A DNA stretch of 64,000 nt from Coniocarpon cinnabarinum (GCA_051942205.1 JAVECO010000016.1:62001-126000), one strand, 5' to 3'; shown: positions 38,483-51,879, numbered from the stretch's first letter. Notes: a model not told the origin generated them from the sequence alone. Numbers and translations are program-made.

Positions 38483-39020
38483 TTGGTTGACCTCTGTGAA
38501 GAAGATATAAGTTTATCCAAAGACGTTAAGCAAGAAATCTTCGGTTGGCACAACAACATTGACCTTTTTTTCAAGCTTGACTCCCTCTTATCAGGCCTCG
38601 CACCGTTTCTAAATCTTATTATATACCAATACAAACATACTATCGAGTTGCAACAGCAACAGCAGAAGAATCTCATTAAATGGCGCTTTCTAATGCTCTT
38701 TTATTATGATTTATGTGGTTACGACTTAGCAACCAAGGAGCGAGAAACAGAAGTGGTCCGTTTGATTAGTGAGTCCAGAGCGATAGAGCATAATTGTAAT
38801 GTCGTACGACTTAATATATCTAAATGGCGAGTTTTTGGATGTAGATTCAACACCTTGGCTTAGTCACTGGGCTGTAGGTGCTTGTTCTTACTGCCAATGA
38901 TCTCAACGTACAAGTTAGTCGACAACAGCAGTTTCTCGGTCATCGGTGCTAACTCGACTCAGACTAGAGAGAAGATTTCTAGCGAAAGGACCTAAGTTAA
39001 AGAGGATTGTTTAACAGCTT
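38483..39020 (+). pseudogene. Second, degenerate member of the family at 35736-36431
   Basis: RFLMLFYYDL...NISKWRVFGCRFNTLA*SLGCRCLFLLP; contains stops. Confidence 0.5.
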
Positions 39021-40652
39021 AAGGATCTTAGCGTGCACGAAAAGATCGCATCTATACAAGGTAACGACTTAGGGGCTATTATTCGAAACAAGAGTTTACA
39101 GCGCTTTAGTCTCAATCTCAATGAATCAGCGCTTAGAAGGTTACCAGTGCTAGTATCCCAGAAACCCTCACGCGTCGGACAAAGTCAGCAGAGGTTGAAT
39201 TTTAAGGGCTCCAGCGTCCAGAACGAAGCTCTCTGTGAGTGTGTGTTTACAGAATAATTGTATATAGAAACTTATATTGATCCAGGCATTAAAGTGCCTA
39301 ATCAAGGCTCCTCGGCCGTTTAAGCCGAAGATGGTCGAGGCGAAATTAGTCCAGAGCATGTAGAGGATACCTCTCAAGAAACTAATTGCACGCAAGGTAC
39401 GAGTCAATCAACGAAAAATATACAAATGCACATCTGACATATTTTTACTAGTAGGACAAGTATCAAGCATAAGAAGGCCAACAAACAGTAATGACGCTGG
39501 CTCCGATCAGCCTATGCCTCTCTCCGAGCAAGGGCCGCAGGTATGGGATTCGTCTTCCAGGTTAACTCTAGGCTTAGAAGATCCCAGCATAAGCTTATTC
39601 CTATCCGTTGATCTGAATTTGGACTTCCCACTTTGGCCGCCGTACGACTAGTTCATGCTATTTACTACCATGACAGACTATCGCTCGTTTTACTTATTGT
39701 CAGATCTGATTTGGCAGAATTCTGCGTTAACTTCAATGTCTTTTGCTCTGAGTGCGTTAATATAATCTCGAATCTAAGTTGACTCATGAAATCTTATCGT
39801 AGCCCATCCAGCAAGTTTATTAGCGGGAGCGACCCCGATCAAAAATGTCCGCCCTTTTAACACCTTAAAGTACGTTCGAGAGTCTATGATCGACCTGTGG
39901 TATCATTAGGACATGCGCGAAGTATCGAATATGTGACGAGACTAACACTCCGCTAGACAGCATTTTAAAATTTTTAGACGGTAGATCTTTGAGAGCCTCC
40001 GTAGTTACCCTTAAGAACCAAATTAATGCGTTCTTCGGTGGTGGCTCAAGAACTGATTGATGTGAGTTGTATAGTCGAAATTCAGCATCGCGACTCCAGA
40101 GCTGGATTACGAGGAAGTTGATAGGCTGTGCTGTCTGCGCCTTCGTACATGTGCTTATCGTGAAGACTTCACCAGGTTTGGCGCCAAAAGACCTGAGGAA
40201 ACTAATTGTAGGCCTAGACAATGCCTGCACGAGGATAGCGTAGATATAGTCCTATACTATGTCAGATGCATCACAGCATTGACTGCTCTTCTTTGTACGT
40301 TACTGTGTGATATTGTAGACTAGCACAATGCTAGTTCCCTCTCCGCCTGTTGCGCTCGCGCACCTACTTCTAACACCGCTATTTTATGTCCAATGAAATC
40401 GTTCTTAGTGCACGTGAACCCGAATTTAGCAATGTGGGCGCATATTGCTAGCACATCTATATTAAGAAACATGTCGTGGATAGCGACGCCCCTTACAAGA
40501 TTGAGCAGGAAGCGATTGCGCAAATATATACTAGCGGTTTTAAGACTTACGCAAAAATACTATAATAGGCAGTTTGTAAGAACCTATAAACCCTTGTCCT
40601 CCCCCCGCGATGATAGACCTACTCCATCACTAAACAGATAATTCATTGTAAA

Positions 40653-40812
40653 ATGGAGTGTCCAGTCTGCAAGGGGAAAAAGAAGTTGCCCTCAGGCGCG
40701 GATTGTTCAAGATGCCACGGAAGCGGCGAAGGTACGTCTGCTTGCTCTAACCTTTGAGCTTCGTCCGCGCAAGCTTAGGTTGGCTGACAGCCACACACGA
40801 GCAGTGAGTTAG
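40653..40812 (+). CDS. Putative zinc-binding micro-protein with two DnaJ-type CxxCxG repeats
   Basis: MECPVCKGKKKLPSGADCSRCHGSGE, donor GTACGT at 40732, branch GCTGAC, acceptor CAG at 40804, giving VS*. Confidence 0.45.
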
Positions 40813-41430
40813 GATGCTAACTTGATAGATCTCTACGTCTGCTTTGTCGTCTTTTCGCCCGGAAATGCTACAATCTATTATGGCCAATATCTATACACCC
40901 TAGAAGCTTGTCAATCAATTTAAGAGTTGTCCTCCTTAAGGAAGCGCCACACACCGACCTTACACCTGCTCCCTCGAATGAAATTTCCGACCGCTTTACA
41001 ATTCTCTGAACGCCTTTAAGATCGATACGCATAGAAATAAAAGAGATCAGATAACAAGAATTAAGCAATGGACTGGTCCGTTAGACTTGAATTTGCGTAT
41101 AATGCTGTGACCCTTGTGGACACGGATGAGTTATTAGTTATGGATGTATTTGATTAGCGTATAAGTTGGTTTTAAGAGCATGAGCAACGCTGCTCCTTGT
41201 CTGCCTTATACACAGCAGCGAGTCCTAAACGTACGAGCATTCGCGAGCGAAACTCAGATCCTTAATTTCAGTGCCTCGATCAAGTTCTTGCTTTTTTAGT
41301 CTCCTACGCGCACATCTCTAAATATGTATAAAGTCCTATGTACCCCTAGTTTAACCTTATTTCTCGAGACTAAAGCCTAGATCTAGAGATCAGAACATCC
41401 GTCCTAAAACTTCCCTATCGACCAAGCTTA

Positions 41431-42622
41431 ATGGATCTACTAGACCCACTGTCCTATTCTACGTTCGTGTGCTGTAATATCTGCTAACGAATGTTAATCT
41501 TCACCTACGCGAACGCGGCCATGTACCCTGACGTTACCGATTACTAGCAAGCTTTGTCTGCTCCACACGGCCAAAACACGTATCAATTTAGCTTCGCTCT
41601 TACAAATTGTCGATGGTATGAAGAGGAAATAGGTCTCGAAGAGGGCGAAGAATCTGTGTACGTCTCTGAGTATATGCTCGGTGGGCCTTTTGATTACGCC
41701 ACAAGCATTGCAGACAGCCGAGGTTTGCATCTGGAGTGCTCGAATAGTCGTGGCGACCTAGTTCTCTTTATCAAAATCGACCTCCTCGTTTCTCATTTTC
41801 CTTAGGAGCATACAATCAGAAGCGTGGCACTAGTCCACCAGCGAGCTAGCAATAAGTTCTCAGACGACGTGGACGCCTACTGCAGAGGTAAATTAAATTA
41901 GAACATGGTCAGCGAATACACTAACTTCGAGAAGGATTTCTGCCTCAAAATGCAAACATTGGAAGCTGGAGGATTCAGCTTTTGCTTTTGTTCAGTTTGG
42001 TCAATCACCAGTACTGTGAAAGGGCGATTATCGATCGTTCGACTCTGCCAAGAGACGAGAAAGTCGAGCTGACAAGCTATGTGAACAAGAATGAAATCGA
42101 AGTGCAAAGGCTGGTGTTGGCTGCTAAGGCTGCCGTCTCTTATGAGACTTTCAATGCAGACGCAGACGAAGTACTAGGTATACCCCATAACGTTGTCTCG
42201 ATAGTACGCTAACTCTTCTACTTTAGGTTCGACACCGGGAGCGCCGACTGCACCCGCAAAGCGATCTCTCGGTAGTTGTGCCTTTGTTTCGGGAGTCCGT
42301 TGGCCGACTGCGATATTTATACCCGTATATGCGAGACGCACGTAACGAGATCAGCCAAATTCTGGAAATGCAGATGGCAGTCTTTGAATTCGAAGAAATT
42401 GCGCATTCAGTAAACAAGGACATTCGTCAGTGGCAGAAATCTGTTCACGAATATCACCAAGATTGGCTCAGAGGGACATCCTCAGGGACTGAAGAGCAAC
42501 ACAATGTATTCTTGAGTTTCCTAAAAGAATTTGAAAGTGTTGCGGCGTTGGCAGAGTGAACGGTTGATCAACAAGAAAGCCTTCGTGTGTGGGAGATCAT
42601 GAGAGCATTCAGGAATACTTGA
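41431..42622 (+). pseudogene. Degenerate multi-exon orphan gene
   Basis: Consecutive protein-like segments (41554-41805, 41982-42212, 42278-42559) separated by single stops, a frameshift and GT-AG introns. Confidence 0.5.
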
Positions 42623-43132
42623 CAATGAAAGCCTTTCTTGTATAAGCCTGCTGTTGCAGAATTGGTACTACAGGACTTATGAAGTGCCGTTGTAGAGGTG
42701 GTTTTCGATGCTTGGAGCACGCTGAAAGGTTTCTTTTGATAGTCTACGTTGTTGGCAGGGAAGACGTTGGAGTGAATTCAATATTACTCTGCCAATTCTA
42801 CTTACAGCAAAGGTTTACCGAGTGAAGGTTACAACTAGAAATTGCATGGATTCTATCCTTGCGGACAACAACTAGTCCAACGCGTGAGATCGGAAGCAGC
42901 CGCTTCGCCAAATTAGACGTTTTATACTCGATTAGCCATCTACAACAAGGTCTGATTAGCGTTCGTAAGTAGTCACACGACTTTTCCACGGGTAGATAAA
43001 ATCGAATATAAAGAGAGAAGCGCGATTATGTCTTTTCTCGTTTTGCTGTTTTTCGTAAAATCTGCTATTACTTGAGATGCAAGTATAGCTACACGTGCTC
43101 CGCCAACGTCTAGACCAACCTTTAATCATCAC

Positions 43133-44321
43133 ATGGATCCCATTGAGCTCAACCGCTCACCTTTCGGCTTCCAATTGTTGTTAGGTCCATGGGCCGCAAA
43201 CTACCGCTCAGGATGTTTTGTGACAGAGTTCATTAATCTACTCACTAACCTGCGAAATCTAGTTGCACGTTCACAACATCAGCTGGAACAAACCTCAGTA
43301 CTTATGCTAATGCAGCCAACGAGCGACTTTGTTCAAGAAATAATGCTACAGTTTAAAGAGACGTGCTTCTGGATCGATTGGGCGTTTCAAGATTCTGGCG
43401 AGAATTGGAGAGCACTAGAGCGTGCAATGCATGTACGTACGCGATCTAACGTATTGTGACTAAGCGTTAATCAAGTCGTAGTACCTCGAGTGGATGGGTG
43501 ACCACAATTCGCTCTCTGCCTTTGAGGTGGTGTGGAGATATCATAAAACTCTGCCTAAGAGGAAACAGGTTCCGGCGTTACCGCACTGTGTGGGCGTAAC
43601 AATACCCTTCAGCCGCGTGATGGATATCTCTAAACCAGATGGATTACTTCCCTGCTTAATAGCGCTCCTTAGCATGTGGTAGAGTATGTCAGAGGAGGCT
43701 GCACGACCCTTGGTCGCGCAGTTCTTTTCTTGCTTGTCGACGTGGTCCTGTTATAAGGGCAGGTGGCAGAGGATAGGTGATTGTCGCCTACGTGCCGTAG
43801 CAGAAGTTCCTGAAGGTGTTGCGGGGGGCGTGACGCCGTCATTGGAGGATTATGACTACTCAAGCCGTAGCCAGCGACTAAGATCTGCGAAATCATGCCC
43901 CTCGCAAAAGACATCACTAGGCGGAGCACCAAAGAAGCAAAAATCTCTGATGAACTTGGTTCCCCTGAGAAAGGCGATTTTCAACCACTGGTCCTCATCC
44001 TGAAGTCTCACCAAGGCGTTTTCGGGAATACGTTGGGCAGCGCTATAGGAGCGATATTTGACGGAAATGCTACAAGTGGCTTTTAGTACTGAAACGACCG
44101 CTCGATGGTCGTTACAACGGCTACCTTGCGTACGACTGGGTCTATGGCTGACCATGGTCAACAAATTGCTCGTACGGAGCAAAAATCTCAAGCCAAGCTC
44201 TCTTTACTGTGATGTACTCCGATTATCGCAAACAGTCTGCTTTTCGACTACTGTTCATAATGTAGATCCGTCGCATAGTAGAGTTTTATTTCTTGAGCTA
44301 AAACAAATGACCAGCCTTTAG
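43133..44321 (+). pseudogene. Degenerate orphan gene
   Basis: MDPIELNRSPFGFQLLLG..., intron GTACGT...GACTAA...TAG, in-frame stop at 43680-43682, later frameshifts. Confidence 0.5.
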
Positions 44322-45541
44322 TAAACATCTCCTCGGTGTTAAGAACGTATCTGAGAAGATGTGATGGTTTGTGAGAAGTGCACTATGCTAGGACGTATAC
44401 TTTAAAGAGGAAACTGCCAGCGGTGGCATATTACAACGTTTACTACAAACAGGTTAGAAGTAATCACGCCAGATACAATAATGTTTTCTCACCTTAGGAA
44501 CCATGTCCAAACAATGCTGTACAGAGCTCGGAATCCATTCTTGAAGCAATCTCCCACAAACGCTTTCTTCGATCATGCTGTTACAGGAATGCTATAAGTC
44601 TCAGAGAGCGTCCATCAGGCCACGCAAGCCAAATTGGTCGACGCGCAGAGAGAGCCGGGAGCAAGTCGGAAATTCCTCGAGACGACTCAGGCTCCTACAG
44701 GAGCTCGCCACGTTGCTGCGATAGGCCAGCGCACACACTCCGATAAGGAAATAGGTGCTCGCACCCGAGGGGTTTCGCGCCATTGTCTGAGGTCGGTAGA
44801 AACGTCGGCTAGACGGTCGACGAATGAGAGTTCGCGGAAGCGTCGAACGTGCAGCGTCGCCGCAGGCAGCTGAAGCACTCGATGTTGCATCGCAAGGCGC
44901 AGCACAGCGTTGGCGTGACGGAAGAAAAGAATGTCTGGCACGCTGGGGGAACGCAGTGCCTTTATCTAGGTGGAGAGGCCGCACGAAATGGCAGCACGCC
45001 ATCCCCCTTTGAGCGGTGTCTAAACCGTTCCGGGCAATTCACCAGGAAGATGTATACCTAAGTATTGTTTTGCCCCGCACCTCGAATTGCCGACAGAAAG
45101 CACACCCTTGTGCCAGTCTGGCCGCCTCGTCTCTTGAACGGGAGGTATCCATATGCATGGCCACCACCAACGCGATGAGAACGTGTCCGCCTGCATGATG
45201 ATTCGTTTCCTGAGACCCGAATCATGGACGGATGATCCCGTAGCCGCTTGGAAGTCGGCGCACGCCTGCTTTGTCGGTCAAGCTATCGATTCCTGACCGG
45301 CCATGAGTCCTTTGATAACACCTGCAGCATATGAGGTTGCTCCTTTCCTTAAACAAGAAGAGTCTGTTACCATACTTTTTTTGAAGCACATGAGTCCTTC
45401 GGGAGAGCTGCGGAGCTCGACTTTATATCAATGATAGTTTCATGAGTTGATTAGAGAACGTGTTGGCAAGAGCAGAGCATGTCTTAGTCAAGGTCACGGC
45501 CAGCATATCATACTGTCTCGTCCGATGAGTCGCAAATACCA

Positions 45542-47185
45542 TTGACGTATCAGCAATCTCATGCCAGCTCCAACCCATCAAATCCAGGTCAAGCGCATCA
45601 TCATGAGCATTCGCCGGATAGCTCATCTGCTGCGCTTGGAAAGCCGGGTGGCACTACTCGTTTCAATGTCATCGACTTGCTGGCAATCGCCGCGTCTGCT
45701 GCATCTGCCGCTGTTGGTGTGTTCATTACCAGACCTGCGTCCAACGCAGCTTGGCACCTCGGTTACGGTGGACAGTTGATTCTCGTTGGCCTATTTCTCA
45801 GCATTCAGAATCTTGCATTACGCCGTCTTACGCCTATTACACTTGCGACTTTCGAAGCAAGACTTGGCAGGTCCGGCTTGCAAAACTATGAGGCGATTCT
45901 AAGGAACTCAGCTTTCGCTTCGCACGTCAGCGTGACTTGGCGGGGTGTCATTGTCATATTGACCGCTCTTCCCATTGCGCTGAGCGCCGCGTACAAAAGT
46001 GGATATTTTCGGAATGGCAACAACATTCAGACACGACCAACTGATGCTGGGCGATTTGGCATCGTGGGACCTCCTGGTGTGAAGAATGTATCACAGGGCG
46101 CTATCGGCGTCAGCTACTTCGTCAACGCAAGCATTCCTTTCATGTCTGCAGCGAGCAACGACAGCGAGCCACCTAAGTTTGATACCTTGCCGCAAGCTTA
46201 TGGCTTCAACACTCTACTCCTGTCTAATACATCTGTCGCCCTCCTGGATGCTATTACACCTGACCGCGTCACTGAGTATCAACAAAACCCCTCAGGTGGT
46301 GCCCAAGTTCACGTCACGGCCAAGGTGAACGCTACCGTAGTATCATACAACGACACCATCGAGACTCGGCGTGATGATAACTCTTTTTGGAACGACTTCA
46401 ATATGTCTGAGCCCCAAATACTGCCGCTTTTCAATAAGTTCAGTGTTCTATTTCTAGCAAATGAGTTGAACGCTGCGGACGAAACTTGGTGTTTTCTAGG
46501 GGTGTTTGAAGACCATGGCAGCTACGCGACTGACGGCGGCGAAGCTCGATTTCGCAACACAAGTCTTTACTTCAACATGCGACGCGCATACTGTATGGGA
46601 ACTTGGACTATTTCGGCAACGTCGGTGGAGTTGACTTCAGGTTCATGCAATGAGCCCGGTCAGCCAAACAATGACTTTCTGGCGAACACAATCCTTGCAC
46701 CTGGCCTCTTCTTCATGTCAACCTTCGGCGAGTACGTTGGACAATTCCGACCATATCCCCTGGGAGATCAAGGTACTGCGCCTCGAGCCCACTCACCTTG
46801 GCTTGTGCCTACCTTCACTGCCACTGTGGGCTATGCATATTGGGCGCGCATGGCGGCGCTGGAGAGCAACGACACTGAATATAGCCCGGGTCAACAGCTT
46901 CTTGTCGAACATCAAGTCATGAACGCAGGTGCGGGGTTGTATGCCATCCTTGCGCTTCAACCGGCGCTGACTGTGCTTTTGTTTATCTCGACTGCGTTCA
47001 TGCGTGATGTTCCTGTTGGACGGGGGTTTGGATTGGTTGCAATTCTAGCGGGCATTGATCGGCTTAGCATTGATCGCTTGCGTGGTGCCAGCCTGAGCGG
47101 ACAGTTGAAGCGGCCCGCCATCTTGAATATTAGGTGGCAGGATCAGACACGCCGAGACGTTAAGTACAGTATTGGGAGCCGGTGA
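45542..47185 (+). CDS. Conserved-looking fungal multi-pass membrane glycoprotein lacking an ATG start
   Basis: 547-codon frame with N-terminal TM helices, EARLGRSGLQNYEAILRN, LPIALSAAYK, a luminal region with many NxS/T sites, and C-terminal TM plus PVGRGFGLVAILAG; begins at TTG. Confidence 0.7.
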   Translation: MTYQQSHASSNPSNPGQAHHHEHSPDSSSAALGKPGGTTRFNVIDLLAIAASAASAAVGVFITRPASNAAWHLGYGGQLILVGLFLSIQNLALRRLTPITLATFEARLGRSGLQNYEAILRNSAFASHVSVTWRGVIVILTALPIALSAAYKSGYFRNGNNIQTRPTDAGRFGIVGPPGVKNVSQGAIGVSYFVNASIPFMSAASNDSEPPKFDTLPQAYGFNTLLLSNTSVALLDAITPDRVTEYQQNPSGGAQVHVTAKVNATVVSYNDTIETRRDDNSFWNDFNMSEPQILPLFNKFSVLFLANELNAADETWCFLGVFEDHGSYATDGGEARFRNTSLYFNMRRAYCMGTWTISATSVELTSGSCNEPGQPNNDFLANTILAPGLFFMSTFGEYVGQFRPYPLGDQGTAPRAHSPWLVPTFTATVGYAYWARMAALESNDTEYSPGQQLLVEHQVMNAGAGLYAILALQPALTVLLFISTAFMRDVPVGRGFGLVAILAGIDRLSIDRLRGASLSGQLKRPAILNIRWQDQTRRDVKYSIGSR

Positions 47186-47299
47186 TTGACATGGAGATGG
47201 AGCGCCAAGGCGATTGAAAGGCTGTGGAGTCTTGTCAGGCCCCTGTTAAAGAGTACTTACCGCACCGTAATTCAACGACTTATGAGCTACGAAGAGGTT

Positions 47300-50200
47300 T
47301 CGTCAATTTACTCACAGCTTTGTATCTTCTAGAAGAGACACGTCAGCTGGAATGAGATCCGGCAACGGCCTTTGTGGGTAACACTTGCGTTCATCTTGTT
47401 TTCAAAGATCAGCGACGACCTTGCTTGAACTCGTAAGCAGACATCAGCAAGCCCATCATGCTGTGAAACAGTCCCGGGAAGGTGTTTCAATGGCCAACTG
47501 AGAAGGTCTTGTATCCGTCTTGTTACGATACAGCAGAGTCCTGGAGTATGAGCCATGGCTAATAGTGATCCTTAGCTGTTTAGAGGACTTGGGGCCGAGT
47601 GTTAGATTAGACGAAGTCTTGCAAGACCACGCAACTAATATCGGCTTAAAATTAGCTACCAAATGTCATGGACTCATGTAACTCATGCATGCGATCCATA
47701 TATGTTCTCCCTTTCAGGAGATATAAAAGCTCCTGAGGACTCTCATCTCCATATTTACTAAAGATCTATCAATCACGAACCCATTACCCAGATTCTCAAT
47801 CAAGGGAGCGCTTGGATAATTCATCATGTGCGCTTGAAGCTTCTCCACCGTTTTCAACATGACGTGCACTTGCTCTTCGGCCTTTAACATCATGCATTTC
47901 AGTGATGACATCTGTCAGCAGATCTGATTCTGTTTCAGCGAAGAACGGTAGAATTAGCCACTTGAAATGAACCTATGAAGAAGGGTTGCATTTTTCCATT
48001 TAATACCTACTTTGAGCCCAAAGATACGTATCTGTTTCCTGTGTTGGGCTGGAAGATTTCGAAAAGAGTCATCGCTTATAAAGCCGGTTCTACGTCATCG
48101 CTTGCTCTGAATTGCCGAAACTTTCTGGCTTGCTTTCTGTCTTTGGTAAGCACCAAGGCACAAGCAGTATCGCAGACGTGGTGACTAAGGTAGCTGTTAA
48201 ACAGCTCCAACTGTGTCAAACAAACACGATGGGAATCAGGGCTTTGCTTTCCTCGGACTTCATGCAGAAACGGGGGCAAGTCAAGCTACACTCATCTTCA
48301 CAATTAGTACTGAAAGTGATGCTGTTCAGCAGCTTGCTCTAAAGTGCATGATATGCGCAAGTCATGGAAAATGAACATTAGCGGATTGTGCATTTCTCAT
48401 GGACTATCTTTGAATTTGTGAACCTTCTCGAAACGCTGAACTGTCAGCCACTCTGGATACACACGGTCTGCGTCACTTGGTTTGATGTCATGAGTCCTTT
48501 TTGTGAATCTTCTCGGATCACATGACAAGCCTTTAATCAAGCTATCTCAGTCTTCCACGATCCTGTCATGTACACTTGTCTGAGTCCTTAATTCACGAAA
48601 CAACAAGAATGTTCATTCCAATAGAATAGGGGCTAAGACTCTTCGACTTATCTCATGCGACTCTGAAAACCAAACAGCACAACATCAATCTAGCTCCATT
48701 CATTTCATTACGGTGTGATGATGCTCAGCAGCGCATACAAACGCTACTTACATGGTCCAAAAAATAAAGCTTTTCTGTATCCTTGTCTTTCTAGTCTCCA
48801 TCGCGTCAATAATATCCCCTGGCTTCTTTATGCACTACTCAAGTGCTGCCATACCGAATCTGTAATGAGACGCAGAGACTGATACATCTGCCTATATTCA
48901 ATTCATTTGGGACAAGCGAGCGGCCTTACAACAGTATCTTGGGCAATTTCTTTCTTGCAACTTTTAGTGGACGTGATGATGATGCCGCTCACCATCACTT
49001 ATATGATCTTTCGAGGTTTTCGAGTTTCAACCAGGTGTTTGCCTGCTAGGCAAGCAAGCTATACCCCAGGATAGACTTCATAATGTACTCCATATTTTCT
49101 TTGATTACAAGTTGTGGAGCTGATCATACTGTACAAGCTCAACATGCTAAGCCATTGCTTAATATAACGAACTCTGGCGACTTCTTGTTATCTCTGCAAA
49201 GACTTGAATTCCAACTTTAAGGTCCGCATTTGTTCCAGGGGCACAATCTTTGTGATCACTCATGAATCGTAATAATGGTCATGCAAGTCGATCTTGTGTC
49301 ACGCAAAATAAATATGCTGATGATGGCTTTCACCATCTCTGATACTAGCTGTCCTATGTGTCGAAGAATAACATGGCTTTGCATCTCTCTTCTTCATCTC
49401 TGAAGATCCCATGTGCAACCGAGCAGTTTTCATTCTTCCTCCACGCAAGCATTGTGGTTAACATGAAGCAGGCAAAGATCGTGCAAGTATTTTATGACAC
49501 TGCAGGCGAGCGCGGTCCCATGGAAAGTAAGGGCTATTTCTGTTCGTTGCAAGCATTGTGAAGCCAGTTGGCTAGGGGACGCTTCTGTTGCTGATCAAAG
49601 CATCGCACAACCATTGATTGACCGTTTCCTGTTCGATATGATTGCATGCAAGGTTGATGGCGATGCTGTTCAGCGGATTCCAAAGAAATTCTTCTTCTAA
49701 TACGCTGAGATGAGAACACACGTGCTCGACTCAATGCATCTTGTATTAAAAAGTGCCACTGTGGGCTAATTTAACCTCGTGATTCGGTTGTGGTGGCATG
49801 AACATGCAGAAGGTCAGGCTTGCGCTTTTCTTTTTCGACGCGAAGTCGACGATTGTTGCTTGATCAGTCTATTGAGCTGTCTGAATCTACCTTGTTCACA
49901 ATGTTTCTGTTTAAACAGGGACACGCAAGTCCCATGCGCGTCCAAATGCCAGGAAAATGAGGTGTTATTACTCAAGGATGTTTTGATATCTCAATTGATG
50001 ATGATGATGATGCCTGTCAGTAGCTTTCAAAGACGTTTCTAGTATTTCAAATGACGTGCTGACCATACACTCTACCCCTTCTCCAAGCATAGTATTCTTT
50101 ACGCAGCAAGTTTCCTATTCCTTGATACTTGCGCACAGCTCGACGAGTCAACGCGAAATTGCTCTTATTTAAGAATACGAGCAATGACTGCCACCTCGCC

Positions 50201-51700
50201 AATAAACTTCAACGGCCATCTTATGACGTCAGGTAGTCGCATGATAGTGTGAACAATGAGAGACTCGATACAAATAACTGGCAAGCTAGAGGAAAGCTTG
50301 ATTGCCCTGCAGGCCAAGCTTTAAAGAGCCAATGCTTCCAGACATGGGAATACTAGGGCCAAGAGCACTTTCATCTGTGTTCAATGACGCGTATCTGGAC
50401 TTGGTTGACTTTTGAGCAGTGCTTTCGGTCAAATAATGCTGATAATCATTATCATCGTCAACATCACCGGTAAGTGTATTTACGTGTGAACATAACGGAA
50501 ATGTGTCTGTTTGAAATCTAGTTCTATACCAACAAAATTGCACCCGTTTTCTAAAATATAAGTACAATACGTGAAGACGCAACGAGCGTTGACAAATTTC
50601 TATCTGGAAAGCATGCCATCATCGCGGGCTTCCTCGGCCTCGTTCCTATTGAGCGTCATGTATATAACGGACGAACGTGCTATCAAGAAAATTACCTCAT
50701 CGTTAAAAGTCTATACCAGGCCTTTCCAACGCTGGAACCATGGCTCCTGAGGGGTATGAAAACCCAATTAACGCCCGAAACTCACTTCGAACGTTGACAA
50801 AAGCCTTAAAAGGTATACTTCTATACCCCCAAATGGCGCTTACCAGCATCACGGCTGTTTCACCAGGCTGACGCGATAATCCTGTATCGCCAAAGAAGTC
50901 CTCTTGAAATGTTAGTGGGTTTAAATTCTCCTGTCCCCTCTTGTGCTTAAAGACCTACGGTTCTCTATTCTGCCGCCAAATTACTGCGCAAAGGCATTGT
51001 GGTCTCAGGTTTGGAACTCCAGTATGGGGCTTTACATGCGCAATATATGAGTTCGTCATGATAAGGCTTCCTTATCAAGCTTCCTCCAGCGCACTCACTC
51101 CGTGCTCTCATTCGCACATGGTGGACCTATAGGGCACTCAGTTTCAATGCTTGCGACATGCATTTGATCGCCCAATTTGTTCTCTTCTACGCATGACGCT
51201 CAAGGTCGATGTATAGTTGAGACAGGTGACGACAATCATCCAAACTCGCTATAGGCTTCTACCATCACTTCGAGCAGTTGGTGATGAGGCCATCAGGCTA
51301 AGACTCCTGAGTGACTTAGATGCAGTAAAAACAATGTACGCGTGATGAAGGTACGAACTTTCCTCGACGAGTAGAGAGGTGAGAAGCCTCGACTCAGTGA
51401 CTGCAGCTTCTGCCATGGATTTCAACTTCTGGACAGCAAGTCAGTAACGATATTCAGAACGTACTTCATTCAACTTTTGTCAGATCTTGTTTGACGATAC
51501 TTGATGCTAAGAGGCATGAGTCTACCGTTGTCATTGGCTACGCACGCCGCTCTTTTCCAATTTGACTAAATCAGTCCCAATCGAGATATTTTCATGTCAT
51601 GTTTTAGCAATACATCATTGGAATTTCTGGTCGTTGGTGAGCATTACAACTAGTCACGACGTTTATATACCACATCCACCTAGACAGCAAAATTTTTACA
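47300..51700 (-). pseudogene. Highly degenerate relic, probably a NACHT-ankyrin NLR
   Basis: Fragments in order: QRWKGLV*TFNDEVIFLIARSSVIYM (about 50.7 kb, NACHT winged-helix-like), FTYCTYI/DTFPLCSH (about 50.5 kb), FHGTALACSVIKYLHDLCLLHVNHNA (about 49.5 kb) and KEIA/KILL (about 48.9 kb, ankyrin-like). Limits approximate. Confidence 0.35.
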
Positions 51701-51879
51701 AGGGCAAAAACTGAACCGGACTTTTGCTATTCTCTGAATGATGGAAGGAGAAATAAGGTCTCAAATGGAGTGCGAAGTGTGCATCGTGCAATATTCTAGC
51801 AAACTATGGTAGTCTCATGCCTTGTTGCCGATGCGCGGGCCAGCTATCACTCTTAGCACCATAAGGCGCGCCATGACAA

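Noticed and set aside
39440..40640. ORFs 39865-40230 and neighbours
   Set aside because: Short, with no motif or clear gene structure
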